Below the pieces are notes generated by a model. The model saw nothing but the letters and a program-made list of their open reading frames with translations. It did not search any database and was not told the DNA's origin. Below are positions 8,924 through 16,685 of a DNA stretch of 64,000 nucleotides, in pieces. Position numbers and translations under genes: made by a program. The DNA is taken from IMG/VR virus record IMGVR_UViG_3300017705_000783, positions 1 through 64,000 of that record. The stretch is one strand, 5' to 3'. The stretch comes from a virus (lineage: Duplodnaviria; Caudoviricetes). Every line of letters starts with the position of its first letter. The stretch's first letter is position 1.

Positions 8924-9614
8924 CCAAAGCAGTCCTCACTTGTTCACTTAAATTTTGTTTGTGTTCGTTGTTCATATGGGATAAATTATAAACTAAAAGA
9001 ATATCTTCAATAAACTCTACTTTAGAATACCCAATTTTTTCTAATATAGGAACAAAAATAACTACATCTGCTGCTGCTGTATAAAAATTACCTTCCTTAT
9101 CCCTAAAATTATGATCTTCTATCAAATCCCATAAATGTCTTTTAAAGGTTCTTAGGTGAGAGAAGGGCCATCCATCTATAACCGCTTGGCGTGGGCTACC
9201 TGTGTACTCTCTGGCTATACATTCACCTCCTGTGGTAGAGCTATAACTTCCGTAGGTTAACCAACATTCTGTATCTTCGTAAACCTTATCTACTTTGGAT
9301 AACGCATGTTCATTTATAAACCAATCATCTCCATCTAACTGAACAATTATATCTTCGCTGTCTGCCTCCGAATTTTCTACTCCCTTTTTATGATTTAAGG
9401 GAACCCCTATTCTTTTATCATTTTTAATTATCTTAAATCGTTCGTCACCGCAAATAGCCTTCTCAGCCTTTTCAACTGTGGCATCCATAGAATTATCATC
9501 TACTATAACCTGAGTAAAGTTAGTATGCGTTTGATCTTTAACTGATTGAATGCACTTACCTATCCACTTCTCAGCGTTATAGACAGGAGTTATAATTCTA
9601 AAAGTGTTTTCCAT
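8907..9614 (-). CDS. Glycosyltransferase family 2
   Basis: IITPVYNAEKWIGKCIQSV, VVDDNSMD, VQLDGDDW. Confidence 0.88.
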   Translation of the reverse strand: MENTFRIITPVYNAEKWIGKCIQSVKDQTHTNFTQVIVDDNSMDATVEKAEKAICGDERFKIIKNDKRIGVPLNHKKGVENSEADSEDIIVQLDGDDWFINEHALSKVDKVYEDTECWLTYGSYSSTTGGECIAREYTGSPRQAVIDGWPFSHLRTFKRHLWDLIEDHNFRDKEGNFYTAAADVVIFVPILEKIGYSKVEFIEDILLVYNLSHMNNEHKQNLSEQVRTALDVISK

Positions 9615-10387
9615 GATTCTAATATCCTATCTTCTTCCCAATACTCTGAATGTTTAGAAGATCCAAACAGGTCGTTAAAGGGAATTCCATGCTGTTCGCA
9701 CTCATGCCTAACTAACCCATAAGTCTCAGCCCTACTTGCATGATAAACAGCATCAATCATGTTATACATAACTGTTTTATCGTCATACTTCCCTACTATC
9801 TTAACCCTCGTATTATTCTTTATTAAAGATCTAACCTGTTCTTGGTAATAATCTTCATCGGTTACGCTCCCAAAAATAAGGATTCGGGTGCCTTTCGGCT
9901 CAGAATCCAAGGCAGCTTGAATTGCCAAGGCCGTCTGCTTGTGGCTGTCAATGCTTCCTATTATACCCACAGCCCCTCGTTTATGTGAACCTTTTCTCTC
10001 ACATTTATCGACAATATTAGGAATAACAACAGAGGGAGTATCAACATCCTGCCAATCTCTTTGCCACTCGGAGACAAAGTGTATAGTGTCCACAGATTGA
10101 AGGGGTTTCTCTTTAAGAGGAAATAATATTGTTTCGTGGCAAGAGAAGATCACCTTCTTTATTGGAATTTTTTCTTCTTTTAGGGGAACAAAGTGAGCTA
10201 TGAGAGTATTTTCTTCATCTGTTATATCTAATCTAGAGGTGTTCGCAGATCTGCACTTATCCAAATGCCAGTTATGTGGGCCATAGAATATAGCATCAAT
10301 GCCCGCCTTATTTAGCAAATTAGTTAGATTAATGAACGCAACGGTTGAGCCACCAGGGTTGGACCAACCAGATAATATCCTAACCAT
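9590..10387 (-). CDS. Glycosyltransferase family 4-like (GT-B)
   Basis: SNPGGS, GIIGSIDSHK, HASRAETYGLVRHE (ExF/YG motif). Start placed at ATG 10387, overlapping the upstream stop. Confidence 0.75.
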   Translation of the reverse strand: MVRILSGWSNPGGSTVAFINLTNLLNKAGIDAIFYGPHNWHLDKCRSANTSRLDITDEENTLIAHFVPLKEEKIPIKKVIFSCHETILFPLKEKPLQSVDTIHFVSEWQRDWQDVDTPSVVIPNIVDKCERKGSHKRGAVGIIGSIDSHKQTALAIQAALDSEPKGTRILIFGSVTDEDYYQEQVRSLIKNNTRVKIVGKYDDKTVMYNMIDAVYHASRAETYGLVRHECEQHGIPFNDLFGSSKHSEYWEEDRILESWKTLLEL

Positions 10388-11588
10388 TCCCACTGAACGA
10401 CCACTCCTTGTTATAGGTTGCTTCCTTGTGCCTCTCACTCAGGAGCTTAAAGCACTGCTCATACAGCTCCAGTCTGTGCTTTGCCACCTTATTGATGTCG
10501 AAGTATTCGTCCGTTATTTGACGTAGATTACGGCCCATCGTCTCAACGTGCTTGGGGTTTTTTATACATTTCGAGAGGATCTTAACCCACTGGCTTCTTG
10601 GGGCATCGGGATCTATTAAATACCCTGTCTCCCCGTTAACTATAGTTTCATCATAACATCCTACATTGGAGGCTATCAAGGGTACTTTATATCTCCCACA
10701 CTCAGCTACCTTAATCTCACTCTTACTATCATTAAACGCATTCATCTGAAGTGGTGCTATTGCTAACTCCATGTTGGCATACATACTGCCATATCTATCT
10801 GGGGGAAGAGCTTGTCCTATAGACCAATTATTTGCTTTCTTAAACCCCCCAAGGAGTATCCTTTTATAGTTATCCCACACCTCGTTCTGCCATTCTTTGG
10901 CTTTGCCCTTCTCTTGAGGTGCAGGTGCGCCATAAAAATCCCACTGTACCTTTTCTTTTCCTACCTTTTGATTCACCGACCACGGTACCCCAGCAAACTC
11001 TTTAACGTCTTCCTCATGATGAATCCCACCTGCCCATCCTACCCTACTTACTCCCTTTATCTTTACTCGTTGCATGTTCCAACAAGGAAGAGTATAATCA
11101 ATAGAATTTTTTATAACTGCGAGAACTCCTCCTACAAAAGACTTAACTCTCTCAGCAAATTTCTTCTGCGTCACAGTAACGAGGTCAGCATTGAAATACA
11201 TCCATTTAGTTATTTCATATAAATTCTTTTCTTCATAGGTTTGTTTTAATCTATGTCCTTCGTACAACTCGGTAAGGAGATCATCGGTATCAAAATGAAC
11301 AAACTTACCTCTCTGCTTTGAGATTCCTATAACTCTCGCTGTGTAGGGGCCACCAAAGTTAGAAATATTATTTATAAGAACTATATCGGCCCAATCTATA
11401 TCAGGATAAGGTGCATCATCTGTTGGCATCTCTCCTGTTTCCATATTTAGTTGTAGGGGATTTTGAACAAGCTTAACTTCAACTTTGTCTGGGTATAGTT
11501 GGGCTAGTTTTTGTAATGGCATGATAAGACGATAGTAAGCACATCCTCCTTCGTTTGCATAAACACCAAGGATTTTAAGTTTGTTCAT
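10380..11588 (-). CDS. Glycosyltransferase, GT4-like (GT-B), phage type
   Basis: GCAYYRL, DTDDLL, GWAGG..H, IAPL..NAFN..KSEIK.AE, IASNVGCY. Confidence 0.8.
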   Translation of the reverse strand: MNKLKILGVYANEGGCAYYRLIMPLQKLAQLYPDKVEVKLVQNPLQLNMETGEMPTDDAPYPDIDWADIVLINNISNFGGPYTARVIGISKQRGKFVHFDTDDLLTELYEGHRLKQTYEEKNLYEITKWMYFNADLVTVTQKKFAERVKSFVGGVLAVIKNSIDYTLPCWNMQRVKIKGVSRVGWAGGIHHEEDVKEFAGVPWSVNQKVGKEKVQWDFYGAPAPQEKGKAKEWQNEVWDNYKRILLGGFKKANNWSIGQALPPDRYGSMYANMELAIAPLQMNAFNDSKSEIKVAECGRYKVPLIASNVGCYDETIVNGETGYLIDPDAPRSQWVKILSKCIKNPKHVETMGRNLRQITDEYFDINKVAKHRLELYEQCFKLLSERHKEATYNKEWSFSGNG

Positions 11589-11601
11589 TTGTTTCTCTAA
11601 T

Positions 11602-11633
11602 AAAAAAAGGAGGTAGTTTAAAACTACCTCCTT
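11602..11633 (-). terminator. Rho-independent terminator between the lipoprotein genes and the glycan island
   Basis: Minus strand AAGGAGGTAGTTTTAAACTACCTCCTTTTTTT: a perfect inverted repeat followed by a U-tract. Confidence 0.8.
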
Positions 11634-11668
11634 ATTATAGATGGGGTCAATTAAGGTTGTACTAATTT

Positions 11669-11881
11669 CTATGGGTCTAAATTTTTAGGAGGAACAATAT
11701 AATAGCCTTCGGGGATAGCTACGTTTTTGTCTGTTAGAACCCACTGTCCATCTACTTTTACATAAATTTTTCCCTCAACGTCTGGTCCAATCCTTGCGAT
11801 TGATCCCGACTCCACGAATATCGCTCTCGTGCTTCCGCACCCTATCATGCAAAGACTTGCTGAGAATAGGATCAGCAGCAT
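11669..11881 (-). CDS. Putative lipoprotein (possible o-spanin)
   Basis: MLLILFSASLCMIGC-GSTR signal peptide II/lipobox. Probable start ATG 11881; the track's 11992 start adds an unlikely extension. Confidence 0.55.
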   Translation of the reverse strand: MLLILFSASLCMIGCGSTRAIFVESGSIARIGPDVEGKIYVKVDGQWVLTDKNVAIPEGYYIVPPKNLDP

Positions 11882-11978
11882 CAGCCTTTTTCCCCGTGTC
11901 GGGAGCTTCGATTTGAGCGACGACAGTAGGTATAATAGCTTTGAATAAAGACGAGATAAGATCAATGAGCCACGCCAC
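11775..11978 (-). CDS. Small protein with hydrophobic N-terminus (possible i-spanin), overlapping the lipoprotein gene
   Basis: GTG start with GAGGA SD; MAWLIDLISSLFKAIIPTVV; overlaps the lipoprotein gene by 107 nt in another frame. Confidence 0.5.
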   Translation of the reverse strand: MAWLIDLISSLFKAIIPTVVAQIEAPDTGKKADAADPILSKSLHDRVRKHESDIRGVGINRKDWTRR

Positions 11979-11981
11979 ATT

Positions 11982-12242
11982 CTAATCCTCACTGCTGTCT
12001 GTTATAGCGGGACCAACATTAAACCAAGTCCAAGGCAAGACAATATTAAAGTCTGCCCATGACCATTCATGTGTATGGAGATCCCCTAAAAAGGGCATAT
12101 TAAACTGGGGAGCTGCGTCTCCAGGAATAATATCTACAACCATATCATCTACGGCTTCTACAACCACAATGGGTCCAATACCTGCACACGCTCCAAGACT
12201 GAGCATAGTAAACATAAGGCTAACAATCAAAAACTTCTTCAT
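11982..12242 (-). CDS. Putative lipoprotein
   Basis: MKKFLIVSLMFTMLSLGAC: a typical signal peptide II with LGAC lipobox. Confidence 0.65.
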   Translation of the reverse strand: MKKFLIVSLMFTMLSLGACAGIGPIVVVEAVDDMVVDIIPGDAAPQFNMPFLGDLHTHEWSWADFNIVLPWTWFNVGPAITDSSED

Positions 12243-12604
12243 TTCTTATCTCCTTGAACTATTCGAGCCACGAGACCTTGAAGCTTGGGCATACCCCAAC
12301 TCACCAAAAGCTTATACGCTGGTCCCTTTGCCATTGCAAGGGCGTTACTAATAGCAAGCTGCTTTGCTTCTTCTCGTTCTTCTTCAGTGAGCTTGCCATC
12401 TGCGGCTGCTCTTTTACGGAAAGCTACAAACTCATCACCAGTCTGGGCAATCCCATCCCGAAGAGCGTCGATAGCCACATTCTCAATTCCTTGTTTTCGT
12501 AACCAACTATAAAATAATCCTAGGCACCAAACAAGACCCGTGCCTACAATACCCCACACTGCTTCGCTCAGTGCTAAATTTTCCCAAATACTTGCAAAAT
12601 ACAT
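12239..12604 (-). CDS. Membrane protein, holin-like
   Basis: One N-terminal TM segment (AVWGIVGTGLVWCLGLFYSWL) and a helical charged C-terminus; adjacent to the lipoprotein genes. Confidence 0.4.
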   Translation of the reverse strand: MYFASIWENLALSEAVWGIVGTGLVWCLGLFYSWLRKQGIENVAIDALRDGIAQTGDEFVAFRKRAAADGKLTEEEREEAKQLAISNALAMAKGPAYKLLVSWGMPKLQGLVARIVQGDKK

Positions 12605-12613
12605 ACTAATCTC

Positions 12614-13354
12614 CTAGCTTTGCATCTTGTTGAGGAATTCGTCATCAGAACCCTCAACATTAGGCGTATCTGTATACGCCGTTCCCCTCAAAGACGGGGG
12701 AGTAATTTCGTCTACAATATTTACTACATCATCATATTCTTCAAGCTTCACAAGTCCGTGAACATCATGAAGAGAATCCATCCACTCTGCTATTTCTGAT
12801 GATTTACCTGCTTCCGATGATTTTGGACGAGGTTGAGATTGATCATACTTAGGCCATTGCCCTTCCATGATCTTGATAATCTTAAAATCGTGTCCAACAG
12901 AGAGGTCTGTAATGTCACCATAATCTTCGTCCAGAATAGTATTAAGAATCTTTTGGAACAACATGATCCCAACAGAAAGGATCTTAACCTTCGCTGATTC
13001 CCTATCTACAACATTCATGTAGTAGCGGGAACGAGGCTTAATCTGTCGAGCAAGGGTCTCATCATCAGTAACCCCCGTCTTCCACAGACTAAAGTAAAGA
13101 TCGCAAAGGGGGCATTTTTCCCCATGGATCTTTCTACAGTGTACGTTTCTTATTTTGTTATCGTTGGCTGTTACTCGATGAATCTTAGTTTCAGCGTAAA
13201 AAGGGGTATCCTCGTCCTTTCCTGGAAGGATGCGAACAACATTGTTCCCCTCCTGAATCTGAAGGAAGTTGTCTAAAAAGGAGGAGTCTCCTCCTTGGCT
13301 GGGGTTTGAGATCTCAGCGTGTTTGCGCCTGATTGCTTCGAGGTCGATTGACAT
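12614..13354 (-). CDS. gp32: Single-stranded DNA-binding protein, T4 gp32-like
   Basis: VRILPG, Zn-binding HC..IHG..CPLC, PRSRYYMNV, DYGDITD...GHDF, acidic tail DDEFLNKM. Confidence 0.85.
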   Translation of the reverse strand: MSIDLEAIRRKHAEISNPSQGGDSSFLDNFLQIQEGNNVVRILPGKDEDTPFYAETKIHRVTANDNKIRNVHCRKIHGEKCPLCDLYFSLWKTGVTDDETLARQIKPRSRYYMNVVDRESAKVKILSVGIMLFQKILNTILDEDYGDITDLSVGHDFKIIKIMEGQWPKYDQSQPRPKSSEAGKSSEIAEWMDSLHDVHGLVKLEEYDDVVNIVDEITPPSLRGTAYTDTPNVEGSDDEFLNKMQS

Positions 13355-13375
13355 GTTATTTCTCCTGTTAAAAGT

Positions 13376-13383
13376 TATTTATA
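13376..13383 (-). promoter_or_regulatory. T4-type late promoter TATAAATA upstream of gp32
   Basis: Exact T4 late consensus in the intergenic gap, upstream of the AGGAG SD. Confidence 0.5.
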
Positions 13384-13408
13384 TGTTATAGTCGAGTTTA
13401 AGTAGGAT

Positions 13409-13840
13409 TTAACTATAAAGTTTGGTTTCTGATCTATTATTTGCGGATAGTTGGACTAAAATGTCCTTCTTATGTTCTAATGAAGTTACTAAGCCCTTTA
13501 CCATTAGGTACTTATGGGTAGCTTCAGTAACCTTTCTTTCCATTTCTCTATATTCACTATCAGTGAATACAATGTCATCCAAATCTTTCGCTGTTAATTT
13601 TATTTTAGTATTTTCTTTACTTTCCTTTCTAAGGAAGGAGCCTAAGTAGGTAAGTTCGTGATTGGCTTCATCAAGCTCCTTTTTTGAAAGGGCAAGAAGG
13701 GCCATGCATTGCTGGAACACAGCAGGGTGCCCCATAAGCTCACCACTAAGGTTGTCCTTATCAACCTTACTGAGTTGTTTTCCGATAAACGTAAAGTTTT
13801 CCCAAGTAAAAACTTCATACGCCTCTATTAAGTTATGCAT
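13409..13840 (-). CDS. uvsY: Recombination mediator, UvsY-like
   Basis: Helical 143-aa protein next to gp32 (KLTAKDLDDIV...KGLVTSLEHKKDILVQLS). Start at ATG 13840 in a TGATG overlap with a GGAG SD. Confidence 0.65.
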   Translation of the reverse strand: MHNLIEAYEVFTWENFTFIGKQLSKVDKDNLSGELMGHPAVFQQCMALLALSKKELDEANHELTYLGSFLRKESKENTKIKLTAKDLDDIVFTDSEYREMERKVTEATHKYLMVKGLVTSLEHKKDILVQLSANNRSETKLYS

Positions 13841-14022
13841 CAATGTCTCCGAATATAATGATGGTGGTGAACAGGTACTACAGGATAACACACAGTACCT
13901 GTTGGAACCGTGTATATCCGTACTGGTTGGTGCCTTCTCACGGGTTTAATCGTGACATTGCACCCACTCATTATAATCGAAGTTAACAAAAGTGCAAACA
14001 AAATCTTTAATTTTTTCATCAC
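13840..14022 (-). CDS. Small putative lipoprotein
   Basis: MMKKLKILFALLLTSIIMSGC lipobox; translationally coupled to both neighbours; His-rich tail. Confidence 0.5.
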   Translation of the reverse strand: MMKKLKILFALLLTSIIMSGCNVTIKPVRRHQPVRIYTVPTGTVCYPVVPVHHHHYIRRH

Positions 14023-14411
14023 GGAACTAAACTGTAGGTTACATTACCTGCGCCTAACGCAGTGGCCCCAGAAACGACCAAATTATGTCCCACCACACAA
14101 GTACCTATTCCCGTAATTGGGGAACCTGTCTGAGTAAAAGGGGCCGCTGCGTTGGTGTCCGCTGTTATAAGTCCAGTAAGAGATGTTCCTGCTACTATTG
14201 TTGTAGAAGAAGAGGCTAACTCTGCTGTGCCATGGTCCCCTAATGAGATAGTGTAAGAAAGAAGTTTAATTTTTCTCCCATCTCCTGGGGAGCTAACAAT
14301 CGTGGTTGCTCCCGTAACCCCAGCGGTGTAACTAAATGTAGCTGTTTCTACAGCAGGGACTCCCGCATGTTTTGTGGCACTTCTCGTACCATCTACTGAC
14401 ATAAAACTCAT
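14019..14411 (-). CDS. Hypothetical Thr/Ala/Gly-rich beta protein, possibly a virion decoration protein
   Basis: Composition resembles structural proteins; no catalytic motif seen. Confidence 0.4.
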   Translation of the reverse strand: MSFMSVDGTRSATKHAGVPAVETATFSYTAGVTGATTIVSSPGDGRKIKLLSYTISLGDHGTAELASSSTTIVAGTSLTGLITADTNAAAPFTQTGSPITGIGTCVVGHNLVVSGATALGAGNVTYSLVP

Positions 14412-14412
14412 G

Positions 14413-14829
14413 TTATTCTTTCCTTTCTAAAATTAGCTCGAATAATTCTTTGTTTAAAGCAAGAGCTGACATAAGCCCTCTACTAACGCCCAATGTTAAA
14501 AACTCATTGCTTGCGTTAGGTATATACCCTTCGGGACAGTTATCTCCTAACTCTCCTTTCTCGTGTCCACCAAACCCACATACTTCCAGAAGAACATGTG
14601 TTATTTCGTGAAGCACCGTCTCTATCGCTGTCTCTGTGTTTGCAGTTGATTGAAGAAAAATAGTACAATCATCAAAATCAGTAACCCCCCAGCAAGCACA
14701 ACCAGTATCTGCCAGATGATCTTTAACAGTTATCTTAAATTTACGGTACCCTGCGTTAAAGTAGAGGCCATCTATCTTTTTTAATAAATTACATTTCTTC
14801 TTCTGCGTCATCCTCTTCGCCCTCTTCAA
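14413..14829 (-). CDS. HExxH metallopeptidase-like phage protein
   Basis: CWGVTDFDDCTIFL...VLHEITHVLLE. Confidence 0.55.
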   Translation of the reverse strand: MKRAKRMTQKKKCNLLKKIDGLYFNAGYRKFKITVKDHLADTGCACWGVTDFDDCTIFLQSTANTETAIETVLHEITHVLLEVCGFGGHEKGELGDNCPEGYIPNASNEFLTLGVSRGLMSALALNKELFELILERKE

Positions 14830-16105
14830 TTCTAAGCGTACTATAGTTTACGTTGAGGGGAACCGTAAAAAATGCTCTTCCGTTTCTAACTTTCATAGCA
14901 TATAAACGCATCATCCCCTCGTCATACTCTTCTCTATTCTGATTTAGGGACACAGCAAGATCTACAGGTCTTATCTGACCGTAGGAGTCTCCTAACTCTG
15001 AGTCCGTAATTAATCTGACATTTCGTCCTTGGCGGTTTGTTTGGGTAGCTGTCCAGACCACGCAACTATGCTCCTGAGCTAAACCTCGAAGATCTGTCAC
15101 TGTTTGTTCCATTGCTTCGTACTTCGCCATATTTTTATCTGATATTTTAAGAAGACCAATATAATCTACTATGATCACATCTGGGATGAAGTTTTCATGG
15201 TTTCTAAGTATATTTAAAAGAGATCTAATATTAGAAACATTGGTTACTCCCGCAGGAAGTTCCTTAATAACTAAGTCTCCATTAGAAAACTTCTCCTTAA
15301 AAAGATTTAACCTCTCCTTTACCTTCAAAAGAGAAGTAGGATTAGTTTTCATTATTCTTTGGGGGATAAGAGATGCTATTGAGTCCAGCCTTTGGGCTAC
15401 TCTGTCTTCACTCATTTCAAGAGAAATATATAAAACCTTTCTATTTTCCATTAATGATTGAACACATTGGTTAGCCAAGTAAAGACTTTTACCCACCCCA
15501 GGAGGTGCTACCACCATCCCAATCTCTTTTCTCTGGAGACCTCCTTCTATGGCTTGGTTAAGAGTTGGAATCATAGTCTTAAACAAGTCCTTTTGGTCCT
15601 CGGACAACTCGTACAGCCTCTTAAATCTATCTGCTATATCACTAAAATAGTTTTGTCCCACATCTACTTCTCTTGAGACAGTAAGAGCTTCCCTAATGTT
15701 GCTCTCAATGGCACCATAGTTCTCACTTTTAAGATGCAGAATACTATTCTTAATGGCTCCTTTAAGAGCTTCCTTTTTAGCAAAATCTTCAATAAGATCT
15801 AAAATATATTCCTTATTGTTTACGGACTCGGGATCTATAGCATTTATGTCCTCCAACTCCTCTGAGAAATCGGAGATTCTGCCTTCTTCGCCTATATCTT
15901 TCCTAATATCTTCTACGATAAAATCGTCTGTTGGAATGGATAAATACTCATCATAATGAGTGACAACTGCCTCATAGATCCGAGCATGGGTGGGGTATTC
16001 AAAGTATTCCGACTTAACCAACGAGGAGATCTGGGTGAAGAAATCATGGTCACTTTTTAATAAATAAATTATGCCTCTTTGTACATTAGAGGAGAATGGG
16101 TACAT
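14789..16105 (-). CDS. gp41: Replicative DnaB-like helicase (gp41-like)
   Basis: Walker A APPGVGKS, YISLEMSE, IIVDYIG, WTATQTNR, KVRNG. Confidence 0.92.
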   Translation of the reverse strand: MYPFSSNVQRGIIYLLKSDHDFFTQISSLVKSEYFEYPTHARIYEAVVTHYDEYLSIPTDDFIVEDIRKDIGEEGRISDFSEELEDINAIDPESVNNKEYILDLIEDFAKKEALKGAIKNSILHLKSENYGAIESNIREALTVSREVDVGQNYFSDIADRFKRLYELSEDQKDLFKTMIPTLNQAIEGGLQRKEIGMVVAPPGVGKSLYLANQCVQSLMENRKVLYISLEMSEDRVAQRLDSIASLIPQRIMKTNPTSLLKVKERLNLFKEKFSNGDLVIKELPAGVTNVSNIRSLLNILRNHENFIPDVIIVDYIGLLKISDKNMAKYEAMEQTVTDLRGLAQEHSCVVWTATQTNRQGRNVRLITDSELGDSYGQIRPVDLAVSLNQNREEYDEGMMRLYAMKVRNGRAFFTVPLNVNYSTLRIEEGEEDDAEEEM

Positions 16106-16599
16106 TATTCAAATCCTTTTTTGTCGGGGGTTGTCATTAAATCTACGTTGGTTTTTTTCTGTTTTGCAGGGTCTATATCTGAATGTTTATATATTGTTTT
16201 AGCAACCTCTCTGTATTTAGATGCGTTGTCGTGTATTATGGATTCTTTATCCTCTCCTCCTCTTTTCTTAATTTCACCCTTCGCCTCTAAAACCTCTAAA
16301 TCAGGAGTATACACCTTGTAATTCTGGAAGCCCGTTTCCATTCTTTTCTTTGAGGACTCTTTTGCTCCCTCAATAAATTCATCACACGCTCCCTTTGCGC
16401 TAGCATGAGAAATAGTGTTTTTACCATAATCATTACAGTAAAAACCAGCCCCCACAAACCTTAAGGCTGGGGCATGAAATTCCCTATAGCCCAGCTTTTT
16501 ACACTCTGGGCATTTGGTTCTTTTGGGGGCTTTCCCCATTTTACACTCACGCTCCCAGTAAACCTCACAGTTATCACACGACCATGTATAAATAGGCAT
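16105..16599 (-). CDS. FmdB-family zinc-ribbon protein
   Basis: MPIYTWSCDNC...CPEC...FVGAGFYCNDY. Confidence 0.8.
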   Translation of the reverse strand: MPIYTWSCDNCEVYWERECKMGKAPKRTKCPECKKLGYREFHAPALRFVGAGFYCNDYGKNTISHASAKGACDEFIEGAKESSKKRMETGFQNYKVYTPDLEVLEAKGEIKKRGGEDKESIIHDNASKYREVAKTIYKHSDIDPAKQKKTNVDLMTTPDKKGFE

Positions 16600-16601
16600 A
16601 A

Positions 16602-16685
16602 TTATTCCTCCCCCTCTTTTGGTAGAGGTCGCCGCTGTTCCTTTTCACTACTATACTCCTCATCCTTTTCTTTATCCTTACCCAC
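16602..16685 (-). CDS. Unannotated 27-aa charged peptide (MGKDKEKDEEYSSEKEQRRPLPKEGEE)
   Basis: GTG start after GGAGGT, overlapping the RNR stop; its TAA sits 2 nt before the next ATG and it fills the gap exactly. Confidence 0.4.
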   Translation of the reverse strand: MGKDKEKDEEYSSEKEQRRPLPKEGEE

